From Planctomycetota bacterium (lineage in GTDB: Bacteria > Planctomycetota > UBA8108 > SXIK01): a DNA stretch of 64,000 bases. Location of the stretch: NCBI GenBank assembly GCA_965223845.1, contig CBDCXR010000004.1:3168001-3232000 (forward strand), in the 5' to 3' direction. Below, one piece after another: positions 48,346 to 58,605 of the stretch. The translations under genes and the position numbers were made by a program. Each line of letters opens with the position of its first letter. The stretch's first letter is position 1. The notes under the pieces were generated by a model. That model saw only the letters and a list, made by a program, of their open reading frames with translations, was not told the DNA's origin and searched no databases.

Positions 48346-48406
48346 AAGAGAAGAGAAGAGAAGAGAAGAGAAGATGAAGTTGGTCGAGAACGGGAACGGG
48401 AGCGGG
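48346..48406. repeat. Repeat family B copy with (AAGAG)5 microsatellite
   Basis: (AAGAG)5 then AAG and ATGAAGTTGGTCGAGAACGGGAACGGGAGCGGG, between convergent genes. Confidence 0.75.
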
Positions 48407-48444
48407 TACCGGCGGAGACTTGCTGCGATGTCGACATCGATGCG

Positions 48445-49392
48445 CTAGTGCATCTCCGCCTCGCAGATTCCGATTCCCGGCCGGTAGAAGCTGAATCGCA
48501 CCTCTTCGTGCTCCGCGAGGAGCGACATCGGCACCGCGGTGTCGACGATTCTCTTCGAGATCATCAGCGTCGTCAGTCGCATCCCGAACGGGTTGTCGTG
48601 GACGCCCGCCTGCCAGATCGAAACGCTTTTCGACTTCCAGGTTTCTACGGGGCCTACCGTCGCGGCTTGGGTCGGGACGAGCGCGACTTGTCCCCCACCG
48701 CTCGTTCGTGCGTTCTGAATGATCGTCATCGGGTGGAGATCGGTGACGCGGGTTGCAAGCTGGCGGTACTCCGCCGGCGAGGGCGGCGCGTCCACGTGCT
48801 CGCCCTCACGGCGTGGCGGGTCGTTGAACGCCCAGTGCTTGACTTCGCCTTGCCCGCCTTGCATGACGAGGCAGTCGACCTCGTCGAAGCTTCGCGAGTA
48901 CGCGTCGAGATCGCCCGTCGGAAAATGGAGGTGGGCGTCCGGCATACGAAGCTCGGGACGGATCCGGTTGAAGCAGAGCTCGAGGTCGGCACGCGCGAAG
49001 CTGAGGGGGTGATCCATCGGCACCGGGATCCCGTTTTCGTCGACCCACTCATCCATGCCCCAGAAATGGGCCGAGCGAATGTCGATGTCGAGCGCGTTCA
49101 CAATGCGTGCGACGAGCGGGAGCTGTTCGGTCGGACCGATCGGGCCGCAGATTCCGGTAGGTCGATCGGGCGTCGAACGTTTCCACGCGTCGATGTACTC
49201 CAGCGCCTCGGCGAGGTAGAACTCCTCCAGCGTGTCGTAGAACCGCACGGAAAAACCCGGGCGGGAAAGCCCGAGGAGATCACCCGCGGACAGCTTCGCC
49301 GCATCCGCGAGCAATTCGTCGTCGAGAGTCGTGTAGTCCCACCACTCCGGTGCGACTTTGCTGGTGGGTCGGGGGCGGATCGATCGGGGCAT
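48445..49392 (-). CDS. Glucosamine-6-phosphate deaminase/isomerase (NagB)-like protein
   Basis: GPIGPT, FWGMDEW, and KHWAFNDP resembling the NagB GHIAFNEP motif. Divergent N-terminus WWDYTTLD. Confidence 0.75.
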   Translation of the reverse strand: MPRSIRPRPTSKVAPEWWDYTTLDDELLADAAKLSAGDLLGLSRPGFSVRFYDTLEEFYLAEALEYIDAWKRSTPDRPTGICGPIGPTEQLPLVARIVNALDIDIRSAHFWGMDEWVDENGIPVPMDHPLSFARADLELCFNRIRPELRMPDAHLHFPTGDLDAYSRSFDEVDCLVMQGGQGEVKHWAFNDPPRREGEHVDAPPSPAEYRQLATRVTDLHPMTIIQNARTSGGGQVALVPTQAATVGPVETWKSKSVSIWQAGVHDNPFGMRLTTLMISKRIVDTAVPMSLLAEHEEVRFSFYRPGIGICEAEMH

Positions 49393-49640
49393 CTCGTCCT
49401 CGCGCGAATCGAGCTCCGTCGGGGAATCGCAGCGAGCTATCGTGCCAGCCGCGGAAGGTCGAAGTATTCTACTAATGCGGAAGACGCGCCATCGACCTTC
49501 GCCCGTCGAGAAGCGGCGTCTACAGGAACTCGCCCGTTGGGTTTCTCGTCGACTATCGTGGAGAGTCGTGATTCGACGAAGACGCTGGGATGGCTTTCGC
49601 GTTTAAGACGGCCCATGCATCGGAGAGGACTTGAGGACGT

Positions 49641-50084
49641 ATGGACCACCCTGAACTCGAATTCTTCAACGATTTGTCCGGCGAGCTCGAAATCGAGTTG
49701 AGCACTCCCGCGCAGCCGATCGCGGAGGGGTTGCGGAACTTGGCAGCGCCGACGGACTCGAAAGTCGTCAGCTTGCGACTCCGGCCCGAAGTCTATGTGG
49801 AAGAAGAAGACGACTTCCGCAGTCTTACCGAGGACGAGCTGAGCGGGATCGCCTATCGAGGAGCTAGAATTACGCTCCGAGGTGAGAGCGGCGACGCGGT
49901 AACGCATGCCGCGCCAAACGGCGAGGCTTTCACCGTCCAGGAGCTCCTGGACGCGGTAGCAGAGACCGAACTTCGAACGCGCGACGCATCCGAGTGGCTC
50001 GGCGGCGTCGACGTGCATCATGTATTCTTCGAAGGTCTCGAGCCGGAATCCGACGGAGTTTGGGCGATCGTTTGGGGTTCGTAG
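49641..50084 (+). CDS. Hypothetical acidic protein
   Basis: 147-aa ORF with GAGGA upstream, D/E-rich, C-terminal HHVFFEGL...WGS. Confidence 0.7.
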   Translation: MDHPELEFFNDLSGELEIELSTPAQPIAEGLRNLAAPTDSKVVSLRLRPEVYVEEEDDFRSLTEDELSGIAYRGARITLRGESGDAVTHAAPNGEAFTVQELLDAVAETELRTRDASEWLGGVDVHHVFFEGLEPESDGVWAIVWGS

Positions 50085-50253
50085 AACATCGCCCGAGAAT
50101 CGACTCCGATGGCGCCGTTCTCAGGTTGCATCAGTACTCGGCGTCGATAGGCTGAAGCTGACGTTACGCTTCCGCACGCCCCCCTCAGCGAACCTCGCCC
50201 GCCGCGATGTTCGTTCCGAGGTGGCTCTCCCTCGACTCGCGAGTGACGCCGAA

Positions 50254-52956
50254 ATGATTCGTACGACCCGTACTCGTGTCTCCGCGCCCCTTCTCGGTGC
50301 TCTGCTAGGCGTCGCGATGCTGCCGTCTGCGAACGGTGAGACCGAGGCTCGATCGACAGGAGACGTAGCACGCGTGCACCGAGGTCTCCTCGCGCATTAC
50401 GACTTCGGCTCCGCCGAAGGCGATCTCGTGCGCGACCGATCGCCCTCGCGGACTCCCGTCGATCTCCGCATCGCCAACCCGAAGGCGGTTCGCCGCGCCG
50501 CCGGCTCGCTCGAAGTAACCGGTGAGACGATCATCCGCGCGGCGCGTGAGTCGAGGCGCCTCGTTGCGGCGCTCAAGCGCTCGCGCGAGGTAACGATCGA
50601 GGCGTGGGTCGAGCCCGCAAACATCACTCAGAGCGGGCCGGCGCGCATCGTCACGCTGTCGAAAAACTCGTCCGAGCGAAACTTCACCCTCGGACAGGAC
50701 GGAGACAAGTTCGAGGTTCGCCTCCGCACCTCGAGAACGAACCCGAACGGACACCCGTCACTGAGCACGAAACCCGGCAGCCTCGGCACGAAGCTCTCTC
50801 ACATCGTCTACACCCGTGACCGGGGTGGGCGAAGAGCGATCTACATCGACGGAAAGACGGCGGCGGAGAGCAAGATCGCCGGTGACTTTCGCAACTGGGG
50901 AGAGCAGTTCTCGCTCGCCCTTGCGAACGAGCACGGCGGCGGGCGCGCGTGGCGAGGGACGTACCATCTGGTCGCTCTCTATCGTCGGAGTCTCGCGCCC
51001 GCGGAAGTCGAGCAGAACTTTCGCGCGGGTCCGAACGCACCCGCTCACCGCGGAGACGAACTCGCGACCGCGGTCGACCGCGATGCCCACCGTTTCGAGA
51101 CGGAAGTCGCGCCGATCCTCTCGCGTCACTGTCTCGAGTGTCACGATTCAAGCACGCGCAAGGGCAAGCTCGATCTATCGCGGAAGGACAAGGCTCTCGC
51201 CGGCGGTCGCGACGGGCCGCCCATCGTGCCGGGGAAATCGGCGGAGAGCCTTCTCTGGGAACTCGTCGAATCGGACGACATGCCGGACGAGCGCCCGCCG
51301 CTCACGGCCGAGGAGAAGGAGACGCTCAAGAAGTGGATCGATGACGGTGCGACGTGGTCCCTCGATCGAATCGATCCCGCCGTTTACGTCCACGGTGCTC
51401 ACGGCGGCGACGAGATTCTCCGTCGGCTCACGGTCTCCGAGTACATCGACACCGTCCGCGCCGCAATCGGCGTCGACATCGCGTCGGAAGCGCGGGAGCT
51501 CCTCCCGCCGGACCTGCGCGCCGATGGGTTTCGGAATACCGCCTACAATCTAAACGTCGACCTGAAACACGTCCGCTCGTACGCCGAGCTCGCCGGAATC
51601 ATCGCGACGCGCTTCGACGCCCTCCCCTTTGCCGCTCGCTTCTCGAAGAGCCGCCGCTTCACTGACGACGACATGGGGAAACTCATCTCGGGAATGGGAA
51701 AGCACATTCTCCGCGGCTCGCTCGACGAGCACGAGATCATCGCTTACCGCGGCCTCACAACGGCGGTCGCGAGCGCCGGCGGAAGCTTCGAGGATGCGGT
51801 GCGTCTCATCATCGAGGCGATGCTTCAGTCGCCGCGCTTTCTCTACCGGGTCGAAGACCAGCGGGGATCGGGGTCGCTCGTTCCGGTGACGGACGACGAG
51901 CTCGCTGCTCGCATCAGCTACATCGTGTGGGGAGCGCCTCCCGACGACGAGCTGTGGCAAGCCGCCGAAGCCGGGGAGCTCGACTCCGAAGGGGTCGAGC
52001 GCCAAGTGAAACGCATGCTCGAAGACCCGCGCGCGATCGTGCAGTCGGAGCGCTTTCTTTCCGATTGGCTCCACCTCTCCCGTCTCGAGAACCTGAAACC
52101 CGGCGAGGAAAAGTTTCCCGGCTGGGATCCGAGACTCGCCGACGATATGCGTGCGGAAACCACCGCGTTCTTCCGGGAGATTGTATGGGAGAAAAAGCGA
52201 CCGCTCAGGGAGCTCTTCAACGCGCAAGTGACGTTCCTCACTCCGCGACTCGCGCGGCACTACGGGCTCGACGCACCGGGAGAAGAGATTTCTGCAGACG
52301 ATGCGCCGGCCCGGTATGATCTCTCCGAACAGCCGAGTCGCGGCGGTCTCCTCACGCATGCGAGTGTGCTCACGATCGGGGGTGATGAGGCGTCGATGGT
52401 GACGCGGGGTCTCTTCGTCTTTCACGAGCTCCTCCGCGGAGTCGTCAAGGATCCCCCGCCCTGCGTCGACACGAGCCCGAAGCCGACGAAGCCGGGGCTC
52501 ACGCAGCGCGGAATCGCGCTCGAACGAGTGAAGAGCAAGAGCTGCGGCGGCTGCCACGCCAAGTTCGAGCCGCTCGCGTTCGGCCTCGAGCGTTTCGACG
52601 GCATCGGCACGTACCGCGAAGAGGACGAGCACGGAAACGAGCTCCGCTCGGACGGAGAGATTCTCTTTCCGGGCGAGGCCGAGTCGCGTGCGTTCGAATC
52701 GTCAGCCGAGCTGATGGATCTCCTCGCGAACAGCGAGCGCGTCGCCGAGTCGATCACGTGGAAGCTCACGCAATTCGCGGTCGGCCGACCGCTCGTCGCG
52801 AGTGATGCGGCGACCGTGAGCGCAATTCACAAGTCGGCGACGGAGAACGGCGGTACCTACGCGAGCATGATCACCGCGATCGCGACGAGCGACCTCGTGC
52901 GGCTGATTCGCACGGAGAGCGACGAGGACAAACCCGCTGAGCAGCGGAGCTTTTGA
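50254..52956 (+). CDS. LamG + Planctomycete cytochrome c + DUF1587/1595/1592/1588/1585-type protein
   Basis: Signal peptide, LamG (TIEAWV), FETEVAPILSRHCLECH, LRRLTVSEY, LQSPRFLYR, RGGLLTHASVL, CGGCH..EPLAFGLERFD. Confidence 0.85.
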   Translation: MIRTTRTRVSAPLLGALLGVAMLPSANGETEARSTGDVARVHRGLLAHYDFGSAEGDLVRDRSPSRTPVDLRIANPKAVRRAAGSLEVTGETIIRAARESRRLVAALKRSREVTIEAWVEPANITQSGPARIVTLSKNSSERNFTLGQDGDKFEVRLRTSRTNPNGHPSLSTKPGSLGTKLSHIVYTRDRGGRRAIYIDGKTAAESKIAGDFRNWGEQFSLALANEHGGGRAWRGTYHLVALYRRSLAPAEVEQNFRAGPNAPAHRGDELATAVDRDAHRFETEVAPILSRHCLECHDSSTRKGKLDLSRKDKALAGGRDGPPIVPGKSAESLLWELVESDDMPDERPPLTAEEKETLKKWIDDGATWSLDRIDPAVYVHGAHGGDEILRRLTVSEYIDTVRAAIGVDIASEARELLPPDLRADGFRNTAYNLNVDLKHVRSYAELAGIIATRFDALPFAARFSKSRRFTDDDMGKLISGMGKHILRGSLDEHEIIAYRGLTTAVASAGGSFEDAVRLIIEAMLQSPRFLYRVEDQRGSGSLVPVTDDELAARISYIVWGAPPDDELWQAAEAGELDSEGVERQVKRMLEDPRAIVQSERFLSDWLHLSRLENLKPGEEKFPGWDPRLADDMRAETTAFFREIVWEKKRPLRELFNAQVTFLTPRLARHYGLDAPGEEISADDAPARYDLSEQPSRGGLLTHASVLTIGGDEASMVTRGLFVFHELLRGVVKDPPPCVDTSPKPTKPGLTQRGIALERVKSKSCGGCHAKFEPLAFGLERFDGIGTYREEDEHGNELRSDGEILFPGEAESRAFESSAELMDLLANSERVAESITWKLTQFAVGRPLVASDAATVSAIHKSATENGGTYASMITAIATSDLVRLIRTESDEDKPAEQRSF

Positions 52957-53236
52957 CGGTCGGAATCTCTCGGCTCTGCGCAACGAGTTCGACTAGCCAT
53001 TGCGATTTGATTCGAACCATCAACGCGCTCGCACGGCGCGTCCGCCGAGCCGGGGCGAATCAACACCGCGCCATCGGCAGGAATCACGGCGTGATCCTGC
53101 GGGCGACAGCGATCCAGACCGCGCGCTTCGACGTGGACAGGACCCGAGAATCCGCGCAGAATGGGAGCGATCGTGGACCGAGCGATCTCGCCCGCGATGA
53201 TCCGAACCGAGGGCATACTTTCGGAGAGCTGACGGG

Positions 53237-54676
53237 ATGAGCGAACGAGTACTCAGCCGAAGAACCGTTCTCAAGGGCTTGGGCGCCGCGACCATCGGGC
53301 TTCCCCTCCTCGAGGAGATGCTCGTCTCGACGGCGTCGGCCGCCTCTCCGGCGGGGCCGCTCGCCGGCGGAGACGTTCCCGTTCGTGCGTTCAACGTGTT
53401 CTTCGGGCTCGGCATCCCCGCGCCGCTTCAAACCGAAGGATTCGAGGGAGTCCTCGAGCCGCTGAAGCCGCTCGGCGACAAGCTCCTCCTCCTTCGCGGC
53501 GTCGATCAGACTCGCTGCGACGAATCGGGCATCAACGCGCACTTCGACGGCGCGTCCGGCGCGTTTACGGCGGAGCCGCCCCAGGGGGAAGCGAAATCGG
53601 GCGGGCCCTCGATCGATCAGGTGATTCGAAAGGCCCACTATCCGAACGGGATGCCTCCCGGAATGGTGCCGACTCTCGTCGCCGGAACCTTCTTCCGGCG
53701 GAGTCGCGTCTCTCGGTACGTTCACAGCTACAACGAGGACGGAACGGTCGCCGCCGCGATGCAGGAGCGACCGCGCGACGTGTTCGAGCGCGTGTTCGGC
53801 CGTCTCACCGTTGCGGATTCCGGTGGCGATCCGCGGCAGTCCCGGTGGAAGCGAAGCATTCTCGACGCGATGGTCGATCAGTATCGCTACTTCACCGGGC
53901 CGGCGTCTCCCCTCGGAAAACGCTCGCGCGCGCGCGTCGCCGACCACCTCGATCGCATCCGCGAGTTCGAGCAGCGAGCGTATCAGATGAAGCACAACGC
54001 GAAGGGAGCGCCTCCGCCGCCCGCGCGCTCGAAACTCGCGCACGGCGGGTCCGCGGACCCAGGTGGCCAAGGGATCGATATGGTCCTCGACGATCTCGTC
54101 GAAGAGTGGCGGCTCCTCGCCGACCTCTACGCGCTCGCGATCGAGACGGACCGCGTCCGCTTCGGGTCGATCACCTTCCTCGCGGCGGGGGAGCGCCTCC
54201 GGATCACCGGGGACTACAAGTACGACGGTCGCCTCATCTACTCGTTCAATGACGCGAAGGACCTGAACGCATCCGGCGACAAGGGCTGCAGCCACGAGTG
54301 GTGGCACAAGTTCAGCGAGAAAAAGAAGAACGAGCAACTCCGCGCGCACGCACACATGAAGATGCGTGAAGTCGCGTACTTCCTCGGTCGCCTCGACAGT
54401 GTGAAGGAGGCGAACGGGCGCTCGATCCTCGAGAATTCGCTCATCACCGTGTCGACGGAGTCCGGTGACGGCCGCCACTCCGATCCGAAGCGCGAACTCT
54501 CGGGAGTGTTTCACGCGATCACCGGAGCGAACGGACGCTTCAAGACGGGCGCGATCCTCGACGTCGGACACGAGGGCGTCGATGTCTACAATTCGATGCT
54601 CGCTGGCATGGGCGTCAGCGGGCGCCTCGGGCCATCGGATCGCGAAGCGCGCGCGGTCGACACGATCCGGGCGTGA
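53237..54676 (+). CDS. DUF1552-type Tat-exported protein
   Basis: SRRTVLKGLGAATIGLPLLEEM, PSIDQVI, HLDRIREFE, NGRSILENSLI. Usual partner of DUF1592-type proteins. Confidence 0.85.
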   Translation: MSERVLSRRTVLKGLGAATIGLPLLEEMLVSTASAASPAGPLAGGDVPVRAFNVFFGLGIPAPLQTEGFEGVLEPLKPLGDKLLLLRGVDQTRCDESGINAHFDGASGAFTAEPPQGEAKSGGPSIDQVIRKAHYPNGMPPGMVPTLVAGTFFRRSRVSRYVHSYNEDGTVAAAMQERPRDVFERVFGRLTVADSGGDPRQSRWKRSILDAMVDQYRYFTGPASPLGKRSRARVADHLDRIREFEQRAYQMKHNAKGAPPPPARSKLAHGGSADPGGQGIDMVLDDLVEEWRLLADLYALAIETDRVRFGSITFLAAGERLRITGDYKYDGRLIYSFNDAKDLNASGDKGCSHEWWHKFSEKKKNEQLRAHAHMKMREVAYFLGRLDSVKEANGRSILENSLITVSTESGDGRHSDPKRELSGVFHAITGANGRFKTGAILDVGHEGVDVYNSMLAGMGVSGRLGPSDREARAVDTIRA

Positions 54677-54830
54677 GTCCCATTCGGTCGGGCCTGCACC
54701 GCGAACACTCGGTGTCCCTAACGGTCGCGTCCCGATCGTTCACGAAGCAGCCGCAGATCGTTCGCACGGTCCGTCCCGACACGGTGATCGAAGCGGCTGC
54801 GTTCTCCTATCCTCTTGCTACCGTACTTTT

Positions 54831-54876
54831 TCTCCTTCGTCTCCCTTCGCGGTCCTTCGCGCACTTCGTGTGCAGC
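54831..54876. repeat. Repeat family A copy
   Basis: TCTCCTTCGTCTCCCTTCGCGGTCCTTCGCGCACTTCGTGTGCAGC aligns with 14005-14050 and 121-168. Confidence 0.75.
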
Positions 54877-54938
54877 CCTTTCTTCGTGCGTCGGAGCTCG
54901 TAGCTCCGCCCACTGATTGCTGACACGGCACGAGAACG

Positions 54939-55967
54939 ATGCCACCCCGCTTTCGCGTCGGCCTGACGCACGATTTTCTAAAGCCCGACGGAACGCTCGG
55001 GTTCGGTGACATCGGGCTCAGCCTCCTCGACGCGGCACCCGACGTCGAGTACGAGTTCTTGCCGTCGTGCGGGGACGAGATTCCGCCGGGACTTGCGAAC
55101 GACTACGATGCGCTCCTCGTTCTCGCACCGCGCGTGACCGAAGAAACCGTCGCCCAAACGGAGCGGCTCCTCGTCGTCGCTCGCTTTGGCGTCGGATACG
55201 ACAACGTCGACGTCGACGCGTGCACGCGCTGCGACGTCGCGCTCACGATCACGCCGGACGGCGTTCGGCGACCTGTCGCGACGGCGGCGATCACGCTTCT
55301 CCTGGCACTCGCGCACAAGATTCTGATCAAAGATCGACTCACCCGCGCAGGGCGTTGGGACGAGAAGATGGACTACATGGGGACGGGAGTCACCGGAAAG
55401 ACTCTCGGCATCATCGGCCTCGGGAACATCGGACGCGAAATCATCGGTCTCGCCGCGCCGTTCGACCTCCAGTTGATCGCGTTCGATCCGTACCTCGCGG
55501 CGAGTGACGCTCCGGTCGAGCTGGTCGATCTCGATGAGCTTCTCTCGCGCGCGGATTTCGTCTGTGTGACCTGCGCGCTTACGCCGGAGACCCACCACCT
55601 CCTCGACGCGCGACGGCTCGGACTCATGCGGCAGACGGCCTACCTCATCAACGTCGCGCGGGGTCCGATCGTCGATGGTCGCGCGCTCGCCGAGGCGCTG
55701 AGATCGAATGCGATCGCGGGCGCGGGACTGGACGTCTTCGAAACGGAGCCGGTCGATCCGAATGACCCGCTCCTCGAGCTCGAGAACGTGATCGTTTCGC
55801 CGCACGCGCTCTGCTGGACGGACGAGCTCTTTCGAGGGAATGGGGAGGCTGCGTGCCGGAGCATTCTCGAGCTTGCCGGCGGAAGGGTTCCGCGCGACGT
55901 CGTGAATCGGGAGGTGCTCGATCGCGAGTCGTTCCGGGCGAAGCTGGCGCGGTACGGGGCGGAATGA
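54939..55967 (+). CDS. D-isomer-specific 2-hydroxyacid dehydrogenase
   Basis: RFGVGYDNVD, GLGNIG, NVARG, LDVFETEP, SPH. Confidence 0.92.
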   Translation: MPPRFRVGLTHDFLKPDGTLGFGDIGLSLLDAAPDVEYEFLPSCGDEIPPGLANDYDALLVLAPRVTEETVAQTERLLVVARFGVGYDNVDVDACTRCDVALTITPDGVRRPVATAAITLLLALAHKILIKDRLTRAGRWDEKMDYMGTGVTGKTLGIIGLGNIGREIIGLAAPFDLQLIAFDPYLAASDAPVELVDLDELLSRADFVCVTCALTPETHHLLDARRLGLMRQTAYLINVARGPIVDGRALAEALRSNAIAGAGLDVFETEPVDPNDPLLELENVIVSPHALCWTDELFRGNGEAACRSILELAGGRVPRDVVNREVLDRESFRAKLARYGAE

Positions 55968-56005
55968 GGATGGAAGCATGGACTCGTCTCGGTGGCGGTC
56001 GACCG

Positions 56006-56054
56006 GGGAGGAGGGGAATGAGATGAAGTTTGTCGGGAGCGGGAACGGAAACGG
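56006..56054. repeat. Repeat family B copy
   Basis: Purine tract then ATGAAGTTTGTCGGGAGCGGGAACGGAAACGG. Confidence 0.7.
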
Positions 56055-56093
56055 ACACCGTCACGGACACTTGTACGAAGAGGACCCCGGAGC

Positions 56094-56897
56094 ATGAGAT
56101 CCAACCCCGTCAAACGACGGATCGCGGACGGTGGCGTATCGATCGGCACCTTCGTCTTCGAATTCGACTCGACCGGGATCGGCCGACTCGCCGCCGGGGC
56201 GGGTGCGGAGTTCGTCGTCTTCGACATGGAGCACACGGGATGGAGCGTCGAGACGATTCGCTCACTCGTCGCGACGACGCGATCCACCGATATGATGCCC
56301 TTCGTGCGGATTCCCGCGACCGAGTACCACTTTGTCGCGCGCGTGCTCGACATGGGGGCGACCGGGATCATGGTGCCGATGGTGGAGAGCCGCGAGCAGG
56401 CAGAGCGCATCGTAGAGTTCGGCAAGTACCCGCCCGTCGGCCGCCGGGGCGCCGCCTTCGGTGTCTCGCACGACGACTACACGGGCGGCGACGTCGCGGC
56501 GAAGGTCTCGAGCGCGAACACCGAGACGCTTCTCATCGCGCAGATCGAATCAGCGGCGGGGCTCGAGAACGTCGACGCGATCGCTTCCGTCGGCGGAATC
56601 GACGTCCTCTGGATCGGCCACTTCGACCTCACGAACTCACTCGGGATTCCGGGCGAATTCGACCATCCGCGATTCAAGGACGCCGTCCGGACGATCGTCG
56701 ACACCGCTGAACGTCACGGGAAGTCGACCGGATTCATGGCGGGGAGCGAAGCGGAGGGCCGCCAGCGACTCGACGAAGGCTTCCGCATCCTCGCCTACGG
56801 CGGCGATCTCTGGCTCTACCAAGGTGCGCTTCGCGCGGGGATCGACGCGATGAACGAGCATGTCCGCAGCGCCTCACCCTCGGCTCGTTCGCGCTGA
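56094..56897 (+). CDS. HpcH/HpaI (GarL-like) class II aldolase
   Basis: DMEH, VRIP, LDMGATGIMVPMV, KYPPVGRRG, QIES, WIGHFDL. Confidence 0.9.
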   Translation: MRSNPVKRRIADGGVSIGTFVFEFDSTGIGRLAAGAGAEFVVFDMEHTGWSVETIRSLVATTRSTDMMPFVRIPATEYHFVARVLDMGATGIMVPMVESREQAERIVEFGKYPPVGRRGAAFGVSHDDYTGGDVAAKVSSANTETLLIAQIESAAGLENVDAIASVGGIDVLWIGHFDLTNSLGIPGEFDHPRFKDAVRTIVDTAERHGKSTGFMAGSEAEGRQRLDEGFRILAYGGDLWLYQGALRAGIDAMNEHVRSASPSARSR

Positions 56898-56909
56898 GCT
56901 ACGAGCGCA

Positions 56910-58436
56910 TCAGCCGCCGAGGCCGACGCCGGCGTAGCGGATGCCGGCGAGTTCCGCGAGCTCTTTCTTCCACGAAGTGATGTCGTCGCGCACGAACTGA
57001 TTGAGGTGCGCATGTCCGCACGCGCGCGCCATCACCTGCATGAGCTCGGTCGATGCCCGCAGGAAGTTGGTGAGCTGCGCGGCGGACTGCTCGACGTTCA
57101 GTCGCGCGCGGAGATCTTCCTTCTGCGTCGCGACTCCGGCCGGACAGAGATTCGTATTGCAGATGCGTGCCGCGACGCAACCGATTGCGTGCATCGCGGA
57201 ATTCGCGATCGCGACTCCGTCGGCGCCCAGGCAGAGCGCCTTGATGAAGTCAGCGGGCGTTCGAAGCCCCCCGGTGATGATAAGCGTGATGTCCGACCGC
57301 CCCACCGAGTCGAGGTAGCGCCGCGCCCGGGCCAGAGCGGGAATCGTCGGGACCGAGATGTTGTTTCTAAAAATGAGCGGAGCCGCGCCCGTTCCGCCGC
57401 CGCGGCCGTCGAGAATGATGTAGTCGACTCCCGCCGCGAGCGAGAACTCGATATCTCGCTCGATGTGGTTCGCCGACATCTTCATTCCGACCGGGATTCC
57501 TCCGCTCAGCTCGCGCACGCGATCTCCGAACCGGCGGAAATCCTCCGGCGTCGTGAGATCGGTGAATGTCGCCGGCGACACCGCGGCCTTCCCTTCTTCG
57601 AGACCGCGCACGGCGGCGATCTTCCCTTTCACCTTGTTGCCGGGAAGATGTCCTCCGGTTCCCGTTTTCGCCGCCTGTCCGCCCTTGAAGTGAAACGCCT
57701 GCACCTTCGAGAGGAGCTCCTCGCTGAATCCGAACTTCGCCGAAGCGAGCTCGTAGAAATACCGCGAGTTCGCCTGCTGCTCCTCGGGCAGCATCCCGCC
57801 CTCGCCGGAACAGATGCCCGTTCCCGCACCTTCGGCCCCGCGCGCCAGCGCGGTCTTCGCCTCTTCCGAGAGCGCGCCGAAGCTCATGTCGGAGACGAAG
57901 AGGGGGATCTCGAGTCGGAGCGGCTTCGCCGCGTTCGGCCCGATGACGATTTCCGTACCGACGTCGGCTTCATCGAGGAGCGGCTTCGTCGCGAGCTGCG
58001 CCGTGAGGATCTGTAGATCGTCCCACTGGGGAAGCGACGGACGCGGCACGCCCATCGCGCCCATCTCGCCGTGGTGCCCCGTCTTCGCGAGTCCGTCACG
58101 CGCGAGCGCCTTCACGTAGGCGAGGGTCGGTTCCTCCGGCGTGCTTTCCGCGTCTCCACCCGCCGAAGGAGCGCTCGCCCCGGGTTCAGCGTCGTCGCTC
58201 TTCAGTTTCGCGTGCGTCCCGTCGCAGTACGGCGGATTCTTCGTCCGCTTGCACATGCAGAGGTACGCCTCCTCCGCGGCGTCGACGGTGAACGCTTTCG
58301 GCGCGAACGGTGTCGTGCGGTGAGAGCCGTCGCAGAGGGGCTGGGACCTCGACTCGCCGCACGCGCACCAATAGTGCTCACCCGCTTCGAGCTGGACCTG
58401 TATCGGCTTCGTGTCGGCGATCTTCGGCTTCGTCAT
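56910..58436 (-). CDS. FMN-binding glutamate synthase family protein with two N-terminal CDGSH Fe-S motifs
   Basis: CACGESRSQPLCDGSH and CMCKRTKNPPYCDGTH, MSFGALS, SGEGG, GQAAKTGTGG, DGRGGGTGA, CVAARICNTNLCPAGV. Confidence 0.9.
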   Translation of the reverse strand: MTKPKIADTKPIQVQLEAGEHYWCACGESRSQPLCDGSHRTTPFAPKAFTVDAAEEAYLCMCKRTKNPPYCDGTHAKLKSDDAEPGASAPSAGGDAESTPEEPTLAYVKALARDGLAKTGHHGEMGAMGVPRPSLPQWDDLQILTAQLATKPLLDEADVGTEIVIGPNAAKPLRLEIPLFVSDMSFGALSEEAKTALARGAEGAGTGICSGEGGMLPEEQQANSRYFYELASAKFGFSEELLSKVQAFHFKGGQAAKTGTGGHLPGNKVKGKIAAVRGLEEGKAAVSPATFTDLTTPEDFRRFGDRVRELSGGIPVGMKMSANHIERDIEFSLAAGVDYIILDGRGGGTGAAPLIFRNNISVPTIPALARARRYLDSVGRSDITLIITGGLRTPADFIKALCLGADGVAIANSAMHAIGCVAARICNTNLCPAGVATQKEDLRARLNVEQSAAQLTNFLRASTELMQVMARACGHAHLNQFVRDDITSWKKELAELAGIRYAGVGLGG

Positions 58437-58605
58437 TGCGATTGAGGAACTCGTTGAAAAAGTGCTGCGAGTCGAGAACCGGCTAGTTTGCGTTCAGTTG
58501 CTCCGCGGCAAACGCAGGCAGTCTCGGTGGATTTCGAGGATCGACGCGGCCGAGCTGCGCCTGAACGTGTGGAGCTCTCGGCCGAGTGAATGGTTCGATG
58601 GGCCG

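Noticed and set aside
54716-54729. CCCTAACGGTCGCG, with a similar CGCGACCGTAA at 6036-6046, as a third REP-like family
   Set aside because: The matches are only 11-14 bp in GC-rich DNA and cannot be distinguished from chance without a genome-wide count.
58488-58520. Stem-loop upstream of the glutamate-synthase-like gene as a glutamine riboswitch or terminator
   Set aside because: The hairpin is imperfect, has no recognisable riboswitch consensus and no adjacent U-tract.
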